Shown here one piece after another: positions 28,856-43,296 of a DNA stretch of 64,000 bases (position 1 is its first letter; each line of letters opens with the position of its first letter). The DNA is from the human T2T-CHM13v2.0 reference genome, Homo sapiens: assembly GCF_009914755.1 (NCBI RefSeq), contig NC_060929.1; one strand, 5' to 3'. The notes below the pieces were generated by a model. That model did not search any database, was not told where the DNA came from, and saw nothing but the letters and a program-made list of their open reading frames with translations. The position numbers and the translations under genes were made by a program.

Positions 28856-30714
28856 TTTCATCTGGGGAACATCCAGAACCATCTTCTGCCCAGTGTGGCA
28901 TACTATAGGCATGAAGGAGAGGTAAGATTAGTATTTTAAGTTTTTGTTTGTTAGCATCTCTATAACAAGGTTTAGTGAGGGAAGTGGTGGACAGAGATGT
29001 TAACATTGTTTTTAGACTATCTGTGGATTTCCAATATTCCATCCATGGCCCCAGACTGAAAGTCAAGAGCAGTTGTATGTGTATACCTTCCTTAAGCCAC
29101 CATTCAATCTTTGTGCTGCACAAAGAATCAGCCTGGTGAGCACTGACACACGACTTCAGCTTTCTTCAAACTGATTGTTAGTGTGCAGCACTCTGTTGAA
29201 CTTGCAGAAAAATCTACAGCCTGCCTTTTCCCTCTTACATTACATATACTTCTGATGGGCAGCAAGTTGGCCTCCAGCAATAAACAATGAATGACTGCTT
29301 CCTAGGCATCTCTGGATAGTCACTGTCCAGTGAAGAAGAAAAGCTTCTCAGAATAATGGAACCTCTCCTAGTAGGGGGACTCTACCTCCCCTTTTACTCA
29401 AGCAAGGCTGTGCAAAACATCGAGTAAACTTTCATCCATTCAGGGATCAACTAATCCAATCCATGAGCATCTTGGGCTCTTGGCCTGCTTTTTGGACCAC
29501 ACAACCTCAGAGGCTTTGATGGAGGAAGCCATGAAAAGCCTAACTTAGTAAGACGAGACTTCTGAGACCTTTAAGAATTTGTTCCTACTCCAGATGTAAG
29601 TGTGTTTGGAGATAACTTCCTTGAGTCTTACTTTCTTTAAATACATTAGAGAAATGGTTGTAGGATATTAATGTACTTTGCAAGGCTTTGGGAAATACTA
29701 AACACAGTGTTCTCTTCAAAGTGAAGGTGTTACATACATGTTTAGTTTGAAGAGAGATTTATGCTTGTGCATGCACAAAATTTCCCTCTCACTATACCAG
29801 CAAATTGAGAATTGTCCAACCTTTTTTCTTAAACAACAAAGGAAAATATTACATCAAATACCTAAGCCAACAGTAACAGAGTACCGAAGTAGGATAATAT
29901 CAAATATTATGTTCAGGGTGAAATTTAGTTCTTCATATGCTGCCAGGCATGCTCTTTTTAATTTTACCAGAAGAACACATTACTTGACTACTATGGTATT
30001 TAGAATTCCTATACTGGAATATTCCCAAGGCTTTTTTGGAAAATATCTAGGGCTGTTTCTAAAACAGCACTTTCTAATTTTGTTAACACCTTCCTTTCCT
30101 TTAAGTTAACTTGATAGATTGTGCCTTTCTAAGCTTCAGATTACCTCAGACTTTTCAATACCTAGTTCCAACATGTTATGAGGACAACTCAAAGATCATG
30201 AAACCTGGTTCCGCTGTCCAAACATTTACTTCTGTGCTTCATTCAAACTGAATTCATTCACTGCTGTGCTAGAATAACTCTCTATCTCCCGCCTCCCCAG
30301 CTTCTCTCACCTGCCTGCCTGCTTCCTGTTGCATCCTCAGTGACACCCCTGGCCTTGTCACACAGCACAGCAGTTCATGTCTTTCCCTGCTCCCATCTTC
30401 CCTATACCATGTCTGAGCCCTTGAGCCATAACATGGATGGACAGCAGCAAATGGCTCTGTCTTGATGGCAGGGATGGGGAAGGAACAGCAAGGGAGCTGG
30501 TGATTCTGCTTAGACCCACAGTGGGCCCCGGGATGACTGACAGTGAGGGAGGCTGTCCCAACACTACTGGAGGGGAAGCTGACCTGCTTTGCAGCTCTTC
30601 CCAAGGCAGTCTGGGCCCCATCTGCAGAGAGTCTGACTTAATTATTTTCAGAGTCCCAGATGACCTAATGCACAGTCCTAGGATCTACTAGATGGCCACA
30701 GTAGCAAGGGGTAG

Positions 30715-30900
30715 TAGGACAAGCAAGGGCTTTCACATCAGAAGACCTGGGTTTGAACCTTGGTCTACTAATGGCTAGCTGTAACATCTGGGGCACATCA
30801 ACTCTCTACTCTAGATTTTCACATTTGTAAAATGGGATAAATGCACCTTCACAGAAATACTCTGAGCACTAATTAGATCAAATGTGAAGTACAAAGTAGA
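30715..30900. mobile_element. MIR relic
   Basis: tcagaagacctgggtttgaaccttggtctac...tagctgtaacatctgggg...acatttgtaaaatgggataa. Confidence 0.7.
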
Positions 30901-32669
30901 GTACAAAGCTCAGAGATGGGAGTTGAATTGGGGTATATATGCCTTGTTCTGAATTGTTTTTGTTATACCACTAATGTGGTTGTCTCCCACAAGGTCCAGG
31001 TTAGGGTGACTCCTTTGATAAAAGGCAAAATAGCTGAGCTGACTGAGCATACTGGGGACCTTACAGCTAATCCTGACATAGGTGCACAGCTGGGCCCCAG
31101 CATTTTATGTTGTTTTCATTTCTTAAAAGATAGGAGAAGCAGTGGCGCATGGAGGGAGTAGGGAGTATGGGGTCAGCTGTGCACTCCTCTGTTGTGCTTC
31201 TATCTTCCCTCTGCAAGAGAAGAGCTGGCTTAACCATGCAGAGGAATCACATCGCTGGATGCCACCGGACACTGCTCCAGCAGTCCCCACAGGTCCCAGA
31301 AGGGAGTTGGCTTTGGCTTCACAAGAATGCTGCCTGTTTTTCAGTAAATGAAGGGACAGATGATCCTTCTTAAAAATCGGCTCCAGGAGGGCAGGGAAGG
31401 GGTGGGCAGGCGATCTGGTGGGCCTTGGTGCCTCCGTCCCTATCAGGGGACAGGAACTAGCCCTCTGCCCATGACCAGGCTTTCCTGAGTCTTTGAGGCC
31501 ACAGACTGGTCACTTCCTCAGCACAAGATCATGTATCAGAAACAGGGACAGAGCAGCTCAGAACTTTGACTTAGGGCAGGGATCTAAATATGGCAGGACT
31601 CAAATTCTCTCTTTTGGATATCAGCAAAGGCTCTCGGAACTGTCAGCAGGCTCAGAATGCAGACCTCATGAAGAGCTAACTTTGGACTAGAACAGCAATT
31701 TACTCGGGGCCTCAAATCCAACCTTGCTACCAATTTATGATTTATGATGCTGAGGTCAGTCCACTGGGGCTCAGACGGCTGAGGAGCCAGGTCCCTCGCT
31801 TTCCAACTTGTCCCTTCCCTCATCCCTGACACTTAACGGGAGGCAAATCAGAAGGAGCGCAGGATGCAAAGGGTTCTCTCAGAAGAGGCCTATACCAAAG
31901 CAAAGAGGCAACCAAAGGAGAACATGGGAAGTCTGTGTTCCTCTATCTTTTTCTTATCTCCAGCTTCCTTCATCTTTTTCATGTTTAGTGTTGGCTATTT
32001 TTTCCCAACTCCAACATTGAGAAATTAACTGGAAAATACAGAAGCCACTATCATACAACTAAGAGAGAGAAGTTATTAAGCCAGGTTGTAGCAAAAGATT
32101 AAAACCTGCTTGTGATCTACAGCTAACTGGATAGGACTGGGGTGGGGGGATATTATGCAATGCTAATGTGGGATCTCGCAATTTTAGGGGGTTGTGGGAA
32201 AAGACAATGCCTGGATTTCCAAGGGCATGGGGGTGCTACTGTCTTTTGAGCCATGCCATTCCCTGAGAAGGCAATGTGCCATCCTTTAAGAGGACAGTGG
32301 TTCTAGGACAGGCCACGTGGACTGATGAGGAGGAAGGGGGTTGAGGAAAACTTCTGGAGATACTCTATATTCAGAGAAACTCTAGAATAAACCAAACCAG
32401 CATAAAGGTACTTAGGAAATAAGCAGGACAGGCACCCCTTCTACAGCAGGACAGGGGGATGTGGAAGGGAGTAAGGAAAGCCAAGCAGGTTAGGTCCAGC
32501 CAAGGGGGTAGTATACTGGAGAAAAAGTACAGGAGGTCACGTCCCACAGGTTGAGGTCCATAGGGGAACCAGTAGGAAACAGGATCAGCACAGAATCCAA
32601 CCTAGGCCTCAAGTTAAAACAGAAGGAGGTGGCGAGAGCTGGGCTTCCAGGGCGGGCCCCTGAGAGCCA

Positions 32670-32845
32670 GCCACTCTCTTTAAACATTCTTGGGTCATGG
32701 GTCTCTTCTAGGATACAAGAAAAACTATAGAGTCACCCCGCCAAGAAAATGCACTGATGCTCACATAATTCTGCTTTTCACTTCTGGGGATTCACAGGTC
32801 CCTGAAAGCCAAGCCACAGACTGGAGATTATGAACCCCAGGTCCA
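32670..32845. mobile_element. Charlie4z-like hAT MITE relic
   Basis: ttgggtcatgggtctctt...agaaaatgcac...cttctggggattcacaggtccctgaa...gaaccccagg. Confidence 0.45.
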
Positions 32846-33527
32846 GAGGATACTCCTATGCACTGAAGAAAGAGGAGTGATAACAGGAAATACTTGGAGG
32901 ATTATTTAATCCTTTAAACCTCTGGAAAACTAAGTGGAATAATATGAGGTCTGGCCTGAAACTGGTCTGAATAATACATAATTTGCAGCAAAGATTAGTT
33001 AGGCACTTAAGCTGTCAGTGAGTGCATGACTCTAGTGGAAAGGTGGGAGCTGGGAGGCTGGGTGGGAGGCCTCAGAGGCAGCCCTGGAAAAAAGAGGAAT
33101 AACGAAAAATTGAGAAGTCAAAGGTGGGTGTGAGTGGTGAGGAAACTCTCCCTACTCTCCCCCAGGTGGTGGTGGGAGAAATTTAATTCAGAACAATGGT
33201 GAATGGACCTGGAGGATGGGGATTTCCTTTGGGGGGACTACTCTTGGCTTTTGTAACATGCATTTCATACTAAATTAAGGCATATGGTATGCCTACAAAA
33301 AAAGGAAAAAATATTTATTTGTGACAGTGAGCCAGGATTTACATTGAAATGCTGCTCTTTTTCTTTTTCTAAAACAGAGGCATTATTACTTTTCATCTGG
33401 TCATTTAATTAAACCACAATCTGACTTTTGAAAAGATGCATTTTGGGAAGAATGGGAGGGACAGGGTTACAGTTCTGTGTGCTCTTAGTGAATCATATGA
33501 TGGGTTTAATTTGATGTGTTTGTGTAA

Positions 33528-33874
<347 letters not shown>

Positions 33875-35042
33875 TACCTGGATGAATTTTTAGAGGTGGT
33901 GGGGATACTTGGGTTCTGAAAACACACAGTTGTTTTTGATTCTTAAATACACGTTTGCAGGGAGAGAACCTGACCTTGAGAGTATTTTTCATGCATGACT
34001 CTATTTGGTCCCTGGATATAGAACATACAAGGAACACAGTGGGGTGGTTGATCATCCAAGGAAACTCACCTTCTTACAAAAGAGTTTAAATCATTAGCAG
34101 AACATGCTCTGCATGTGAATCCATTGCAAGCATATCTAACAGTACTGGGATTTATGGAAATATGTTCATTGTCAAATATTCCCCAAGGATATGTACAGCA
34201 TAGTGTAACATATGCAAAATAAAGAGCGCAGAAGTAGGAGTCAAAAGACCTGGAGTTTGTAGCAGTCTTGAAACCGTAAGGAAAATGACCTCAGGCAAAT
34301 TATTAAACATTTCAGACAGGGCCCAAGTGTGCTACCCAAGAAACTAAAAATGCCTGCCACCTCCCTACCTTATAAGTAGCATCAAAAGTGGGCAGGGAGT
34401 TAAATACCCACAATTAAAGCATTCAAAATCTCTAAGTATCATATTAACTTATGCCTTTATTATACAAAGCTAAATAATTTTTTGAAAATGTAAGCAATTT
34501 TTTGAGCATCTAATTTAGACAAAGTATTGCTCAAGGTAATGTGAATAAACCCTTTAAAAATCGTAGTTTATTATTTTAAAATTAAACTCACAGTATGAAG
34601 ATTTTAAAAAATATTTCACATTGGATGAACTTACTTCCAAATAAATAGGAAAACAGTTTCATTTAAATAGGTCAGAGTAAATAACATGAATATATAAAAA
34701 ACTCTAAATAAGTACAATGAGATAGATACCCAAAAATGAACACTGATGAAACTGTCTAGAGTAATATGTAAGGCAAATAAATTTGAGCTAAATCATATGC
34801 CTTTTCTCTTTTTTAACCTTAAGAAGACTGCTGACCTTCGTTGACATGCCAGTGTTTGGGAGAGGCACCTGTATGAAAAACTGGGTTCTCTTTAACAAAT
34901 AAACTTTGATTCTCTGGACTCTAAGAGAATAATACTAAAAGGAAAAAGACATGAGAGTGATGCAATTGGGAGATGAACATCATGAAAAGAAAATTTCAAC
35001 AAATTTCTGGAGGCCAGGAAGAAGATGGCAAATAGAATAGAA

Positions 35043-35723
35043 TGTATGACAGTTTTATGTGTCAACTTGGCTAGGCTATGGTGGCCAGTTGTTTGGTCAA
35101 ACACTAGTCTATATGTTGCTGTGAGGGTATTTGTGGATGTGATGAACAGTTACAATCATCTGAATTTAAGTCAATCAGATTACCCTCCATCATATGGGTA
35201 GGCCTCATCTAATCAGCTGAAGGCCATAAGGGCAAAAACTGAGCTTTCTTGGAGAAGAAGGAATTCTGCCTCAAGATTGTAACATAGAAAATGAGGAGTT
35301 ATTCATTAGTGGGTATAAAGTTTCAGTCAAACAAGATGAATATGCCCTAGAAATCCACTGTCATTCTTGTCTTGACATTATCAAGAATAATATAGGGTGT
35401 ACTTAAACATTTGATACGAGGGTAAATCTCAAGTTTTGTTCTTACCACAGAAAAAAAGAAAGAAAATAAAAAAGACTGTAACATAGAATTCCTGCCTGAG
35501 TTTCCAGTCTGCTGGCCTGTGCTATGAATTTGGGACTCAAGACTGCAACATCAACTCTTAACTGAATTTCTGGCATGTCTGCCTGCCCCATGGGTTTTGG
35601 ACTTCCCAGCCCCCACGACTGCGTGAGCCAATTCCTTAAAACAAATATTTCTCTGTCTTTCTTTCACCCCTCTGCCACTTCCCCATCCCCCAACCCCCAC
35701 TATGGAGAACCCTACCTGATACA
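35043..35723 (+). mobile_element. MLT2 (MLT2C/D-like) ERVL solo LTR, interrupted by an L1 3' end
   Basis: Start ttttatgtgtcaacttggctaggcta; ggcctcatctaatcagctgaaggcc; end gtgagccaattccttaaa...ggagaaccct..taca. Confidence 0.85.
35290..35471 (+). mobile_element. L1MA10/L1MB1-2-type 3' end inserted in MLT2
   Basis: gggtataaagtttcagt..caagatgaa; gagggtaaatctca..tgttcttaccaca plus A tail; TSD aaga(t/c)tgtaacatagaa. Confidence 0.75.
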
Positions 35724-36044
35724 AAGCAAGAATGAAAGAGTCTAGAATATATTGGAGAAAACTTCAGGAAAGTCAGAGGGTGGGAGTGAGCTGTCCAGCA
35801 ACATGCCAACAAAACCCCAGGCCCACTGGGAAGCTGCAACAGAGACTGGGATTTCAAGTCCGGGTGGAGAAGAGAGAAGTGAACTGAAGTCTGCCTAAGG
35901 GACACTGTGGGTACCCCTCACTCTCCTCCCCTACTCCCTGCCTTAGGTCCATGCACTGCACTAGAAACCCATGATTTTACTTGGGGGCCAAATATCAGAG
36001 GACTCTTGATCTATAAAGAAATTGAAAAACTGCCTGGATATAGT

Positions 36045-36156
36045 AGATAACATTAACATTACGGGAAGCCGCATGAGGGACATACAGAAACTCTGTATTA
36101 TTTTAGTAACTTGTCTCTACGTCTAAAATTAGTTCAAAATAAAAAGTTAAAAAAAA
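36045..36156 (+). mobile_element. L1MC/MD-type extreme 3' end
   Basis: ttaacattacgggaagc...acagaaactctgtattatttt...tctaaaattagttcaaaataaaaagtt. Confidence 0.55.
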
Positions 36157-37140
36157 CTGTCTAGAAAGAACTAGGAGGGCCAGATTATATGCAAACACTC
36201 TAGAGTAAAGCACACCCCGCCCCCGTCAAATCCCCAGGTATTTAAATCCTTTGAATCCCCTTACCACACACACATAAACTCCTGACTAAAATCCAGCCCA
36301 TTCTCAGTCTTGATCTGAAAGTGAAACTTCCAGGAGACAAGCCCCCCACCCAACATCAAGGTTCCATGCAGATTTCCTATTCATAGGCAGCAATAACAGG
36401 AAACCGGATCTACATATATAAGAGCAGGGGAAACCCACACCATCTGTGAAGAAAAATAAAACTCAGCCCCTTGCTCTTAAATACAGATGGATAACCAAAG
36501 TTCACCATTCATATCTAAAAACAAAACAGAAACACCAAAGAGAAAAGCCAAGTAATTAAACATGGCCCCTGACTCCTGAAGACACAGACAATTCAGACCA
36601 CATAAGAGAAGTTTAAAAGAGAACTCATGCTCTGTTTTCACAGGGATTATTAACATCTTGATCTAACAGACAGGAGAGTCAAGATTTAACTACATAAATT
36701 GGGACAAGAAATTGAGGTTTAAAACTATTATTTTAAGGTACAAAGATTATCACTAGAAAAGTTAAAATAATAACTATCAGTTGAGGAAGGGAGAAGGATT
36801 ATGAACAAATAGCAAAAAGGCAAGAGTATAAGCTTATTATTACTATTACTACTATTACATCAGGCAAGTAAACTACTATTACATCAGTGAGCATCTATTA
36901 CCACAGAGACATGTTGTCCTTGGAAGGGAACCATGGCTTTTCATTATAAGCATTTCTGTGCTATTTTATTTCTTAACCTATATATATACTATTTTCACAA
37001 AAACTTTAAAAGGGAATAAAGAAAAGATGTTTCTTCAAAAATATCCTCTCATGGATGAAAGAGGAGATTTTTAAATGTAGTTAACTCCCACTGGCATCAA
37101 CAACACACTTCATTGAAGAAAAAATGTCTACAATAGGACT

Positions 37141-37380
37141 AGGCTGAGGTGGGAGGATCACTTGAAGCCAGGAGTTTGAGACCAGCCTGAGCAACATAGT
37201 GAGACCCCATCTCTACAAAAATTAAAAAATTAGCAGAGTATCCTCGTGCACACCTGTACTCCCAGCTACTCAGGAAGCTGAGGTGGGAGGATTGCTTGAG
37301 CCTAGGTGTTTAAGCCTGCAGTCGGCTATGATCGCACCACTGCACTTCAGCCTGGGTGACAGAGAGAGACCCTGTCTCTA
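37141..37380 (+). mobile_element. 5'-truncated AluJ
   Basis: aggctgaggtgggaggatcacttga; gcaacatagtgagacc; ctatgatcgcaccactg; short TSD taggacta. Confidence 0.88.
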
Positions 37381-37383
37381 GAA

Positions 37384-37453
37384 TACTACTACTACTACTA
37401 CTACTAGTACTACTACTACTACTACTACTACTACTAATAATAATAATAATAAT
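37384..37453. repeat. Compound (TAC)n(TAA)n microsatellite in the Alu tail position
   Basis: tactactac...tagtactac...taataataataat. Confidence 0.95.
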
Positions 37454-37826
37454 ATTAGGACTAAAGAGAACCATTTCAAATGTAGGTTTAGAGGCTAAAG
37501 CAGTAAGACAATTTGGAAATTTCTACACTAACCACTTTGTTAGAAAGCAAAGGAAGTTTTTTTAAAGAAGAAAATTAAGCAACAATTTAGTTTCCCCTCC
37601 CCCTCCCCAGATGCCATGAATCTTGTTCGTGTCTAAGTGCTGGTGCAATGTAAATCTAAGTGGAAAAATGGATAATAGCTCCACAGGCAGGGGCACAGAT
37701 TCATCTTAACACCTTCCCTCAGCTGGGGAGTGAGATTTGTAGAGTGTTCAGCACTACTGTGATCTGATGAACCATAAATTGTAACACATGTAGAAGAAAG
37801 GAGTAGTATCAACATGTATACATTAA

Positions 37827-38077
<251 letters not shown>

Positions 38078-39659
38078 ATTTATAAATTCAATGCCATCCC
38101 CATCAAGCTACCAAAGACTTTCTTCACAGAATTAGAAAAAACTACTTTAAAGTTCATATGGAACCAAAAAAGAGCCCGCATTGCCAAGACAATCCTAAGC
38201 AAAAAGAACAAAGCTGGAGGCATCACACTACCTGACTTCAAACTATACTACAAGGCTACAGTAACCAAAACAGCATGGTACTGGTACCAAAACAGAGATA
38301 TAGACCAATGGAACAGAACAGAGGCCTCAGAAATAACACCACACATCTACAACCATTTGATCTTTGACAAACCTGACAAAAACAAGAAATGGGGAAAGGA
38401 TTCCCTATGTAATAAATCGTGCTGGGAAAACTGGCTAGCCATATGTAGAAAGCTGAAACTGGATCCCCTCCTTATGCCTTGTACAAAAAATAATTCAAGA
38501 TGGATTAAAGACTAAAATGTTAGACCTAAAACCATAAAAGCCCTAGAAGAAAACCTAGGCAATACCATTCAGGATATAGGCATGGGCAAGGACTTCATGA
38601 CTAAAACATCAAAAGCAATGGCAACAAAAGCCAAAATAGGCAAACTGGATCTAATTAAACTAAAGACCTTCTGCATGGCAAAAGAAACTACCATCAGAGT
38701 GAACAGGCAACCTAGAGAATGGGAGAAAATTTTTGCAATCTATCCATCTGACAAAGGGCTAATATCCAGAATCTACAAAGAACTTAGACAAATTTACAAG
38801 AAAAAAACAAACAACCCCATCAAAAAGTGGGCAAAGGATATGAACAGACACTTTTCAAAAGAAGACATCTATGCAGCCAACAGACACATGAAAAAGTGCT
38901 CATCATCACTGGTCATCAGAGAACTGCAAATCAAAACAACAATGAGATACCATCTCACACCAATTAGAATGGTGATCATTAAAAAGGCAGAAAACAACAG
39001 ATGCTGGAGAGGATGTGGAGAAATAGGAACACTTTTACACTGTTAGTGGGAGTGTAGATTAGTTCAACCACTGTGGAAGACAGTGTGGCGATTTCTCAAG
39101 GATCTAGAACTAGAAATAGCATTCGACCCAGCCATCCCATTACCGGGTATATACCCAAAGGATTATAAATCATGCTACTATAAAGACACATGTACATGTA
39201 TGTTTATTGCGGCACTATTCACAATAGCAAAGACTTGGAACCAACCCAAATGTCCATCAATGATAGACTGGATTAAGAAAATGTGGCACATATACACCAT
39301 GGAATACTATGCAGCCATAACAAAAGATGAGTTCATGTCCTTTGCAGGGACATGGATGAAGCTGGAAACCATCATTCTCAGCAAACTATCACAAGGACAG
39401 AAAACCAAATACCGCATGTTCTCACTCTTAGGTGGGAACTGAACAATGAGATCACTTGGACACAGGGAGGGGAACATCACACACCGGGGCCTGTTAGGGG
39501 GTGGGAGTCTAGGGGAGGGATAGCATTAGGAGAAATACCTAATGTAAATGATGAGTTGATGGGTACAGCAAACCAACATGGCACATGTATACCTATGTAA
39601 CAAACCTGCACGTTGTGCACATGTACCCTAGAACTTAAAGTATAATAATAAAATAAAAT
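38078..39659 (+). mobile_element. 5'-truncated L1PA (about L1PA4-6): ORF2 C-terminus, 3' UTR and tail; non-functional
   Basis: ORFs 38582-39046 and 39083-39442 are L1 ORF2p (MGKDFMTKT..., [30 protein letters not shown]) with a premature stop; primate L1 3' UTR; 13-bp TSD aatacaaaaatta. Confidence 0.96.
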
Positions 39660-39832
<173 letters not shown>

Positions 39833-40786
39833 GAAACCTAGTGGCATGACAGCTTCTTCCATTACTGCATTTTCTTCCCCCCACTTCCATTCTCACTGTA
39901 TTCTTTTCCTTGGCAAATGTACGCCTCGACCTGATAAAACATCTCGTTTTGTCAACTCTCCATATGCCTAGCAGGTTAGAGTCTCAAAGATATTTCCATT
40001 GACTTTCTGCCTTTCCTAATTGATCAACAGGGTTTGTCAACTGGGTCTTCTTCAGGCCATGTGAAATATACAAAGCTGAACAATTCACTTGGACCACAAA
40101 CACTAGCAGCTCTGGGAAAACAATTTACCTGATGATAAAAGAGAACGGCATCCTGTGGGCTTAGTTAATGCTGAGTGAACAGTCGCCCCAGGATATTCAG
40201 TACAATCAAAACCTGTGATTGTTCCCCCACCCCAGCTTCTCTTTGCGCTCACATTCTGTTAGCTTAGCTCTAAAAAGTTACCTGCAGACAAATCTGTAGC
40301 TCGAAACAAAACAAACTTCTTCTCCATACCACAGGATACCATATTTATTAGTCTTTATCACTCTGTCCAAACTGACATTCATAAGAATAATGTCAAATCA
40401 GCCTGAAACACAAGCACCTCCCTAATGATGCTGCAAGCTCCTTCCATGGCACCTCAGAGGAGACAGGCTCAGGGCAAGATAATTTGTAGCCCTGTGACTT
40501 ATAGGCAGGCATCTGAATGGACATTACCCTGAAGCAAAATCAGACAGAAAATAATCATTTTCCGTTTGCTTTCTCATCTCCTTTCTATTTTGTTAAAGTG
40601 AGTAAAATACAAAAACTCCGTTGAGTTTTGTGCCCGTGGCTGAATGTCTCCCTTAGCCAGGATCTTCTAGTTAATTTCTACTACGTAGAAATTACGTAGT
40701 ACGTAGAGGTTACGTACTACACATTACGGGTTCCTGGAGGTTACTGGCTTGAGTTTTAGGTCAGGGTGCTGATACGATTACCATAG

Positions 40787-41170
<384 letters not shown>

Positions 41171-42009
41171 GACATCCCCGTTATTTTAAAGCAGACCATC
41201 ATGATCCACAATAGGCTACAGAAAGACGAGCCCTCCAACTCAAATAGTCCTTGCACTGATTTTTCCGTTGAGTATAAAAGGTGCTGACTACAGCAACAGG
41301 CAGACAGCACATAGATACATCCCTCCTGAGTTAGGGCTAAAGTTCCAAGGCGAGGTGTAGAGGCCAACTCCATCGTCTCCTATTTCAACCATATGAAATG
41401 TAGATGATAACAAGCCTTACAAGCAAAGTATCTCCAGAGGTCAGAATCTGAAAACATTCAGATGAGGAGCTAAAAGTAATCAGTTATTAGGCAATTGAGA
41501 ATATATATACATGTTGATACTACTCCTTTCTTCCACATGTGTTACAATTTATGGAAATATCATCCTCTAAAAGATGTACCCATCTTCAGGTTCCAGATAG
41601 GCAACATTATCAGACGCCATCAATACCCCAACACTGGTGACTTCCTGGAGGACCTCGGAAATAACTATGTGGCTCAGTAGATTTTCTGAGCTTATCTACA
41701 AAGCTGCTCTAATCTCCCCTGAATATCAGGGCAGACTCTTGCCAAGCAGCCAAACATTCACTTTAATCATTTTCAGGCAGGGAAAAAAAAGTGTTCTGTA
41801 TATAAATAAAAAATTTAACCCTTTGGGATGGCGTCTACATCTCCATTCCACTTCTCTCCTTTCTTCTCAATACACCTGCAGCTGAGCCAGAACAACCCAA
41901 TCAACACCTTTAAGTGACTTTCACTCTACTTGAAACAAGTAATCCTATTGAAATAATATACAATGGTATAGATTTAACCTTAGTCTTAGACCTTTAAGTT
42001 CTTGTGAAT

Positions 42010-42635
42010 ACTATAGGAATGCAAAACAGTTCAACTACTTTGGAAAATGGTTCAGCAGCATCTTAGAGAGTTGAACATACACCTGTCATTCTACCTAGTA
42101 ACCTCACACCTAGATATTTAGGTAAGAGAAATGAAAACATATATACATACAAAAAATGGTATACGCATGCTTATAGTGACTTTATTTATAATGACCAATA
42201 TCTGGAAACAACCCAAATGTCCTTCAGCTGGTGAATGGGTAAACTGCACAGCCACACAGTAGAAGACTACTCAGCAGTAAAAAGGAACTAACTACTGATA
42301 CAACAATGTGGACAGACCTCAAATTCATTATGCTTTGTCATAGGAGCTAGACTCAAAAGGCTACATATGATTCCATTTATATGACATCTTGGAAAAGGCA
42401 AAACTATAGAGTGAGAAAACAGGTAAGTAGTGGCCAGAGGCTGGAGGTGGTGAAAGGGTTGACCTTAAAAGGGGATGAGAGCACCTAGGGGGTAGGGGGA
42501 TGATGGCACTGTTCTATATCTTGATTGTGGTAGTAGTTAACATAACTGTATGCATTTGTCAAAATGTATAGTAGTGTATGCTAAAAAAGAATGAATTTTA
42601 CGGCATGTCAGTTCTACCTCAATAAATGCAATGAA
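42010..42635 (+). mobile_element. L1MB8/L1ME-type 3' fragment
   Basis: ctactttggaaaa; agagaaatgaaaacatat; ctggaaacaacccaaatgtcc; tgattccatttatatgacat; tacctcaataaa. Confidence 0.78.
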
Positions 42636-42746
42636 AAACATAATCTCAGTGTAAAATGTTCAATGTAAGAAAGGCAGACTTCAAAACAACTGATTAACCT
42701 CCCACTTACATCAACAAGATCTGCAGGCTTTCTCCCAAGCTTGAGG

Positions 42747-43296
42747 TGTATTTAATCAGGGTTCTCTAGAGGTACAGAACTAACAGGATATATGTATATA
42801 TGAAAGGGAGTTTATTAAGGAGAATTGACTCACACGACCACAAGGTGAAGTCCCATGATAGGCTGTCTGCAAGGTGAGGAGCAAGGAAGCCAGTGGTGGC
42901 CCAGTCTGAGTCCCAAAACCTCAAAAGTAGGGAAGCCAACAGTGCAGCCTTCAGCCGGTGGCCGAAGGCCCAAGAGCTGCTGGTTTGACTCCAAGAGTCC
43001 AAAAGCTGAAGAACTTGGAGTCTGATGTTCGAGGGCAGAAAGCATCCAGCACGGGAGAAAGATGAAGACTGGAAGACTCAGCAAGTCAAGTCCTTCCACC
43101 TTCTTCTGCCTGCTTTATTCTTGCTGCACTGGCAGCTGATTAGATGGTGCCCACCCAGATTGAAGGTGGGTCGGCCTCTCCCAGTCCACTGACTCAAATG
43201 TGAATCTCCTTTGGTAACACCCTCACAGACACACCCAGGAACAATACTTTGCATCCTTCAATCTAATCAAGTTGACACTCAATATTAACCACTACT
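42747..43296 (-). mobile_element. MLT2A2-like ERVL solo LTR
   Basis: tcagggttctctagag...ccaagagtccaaaagctgaagaacttggagtctgatgttcgagggcag...aacaatactttgcatccttcaatctaatcaagttgacactcaatattaacca; about 550 bp. Confidence 0.9.

Noticed and set aside
38582-39442. Longest protein-like ORFs (154 aa and 119 aa)
   Set aside because: L1 ORF2p C-terminal fragments in a 5'-truncated copy with a premature stop; not a host gene
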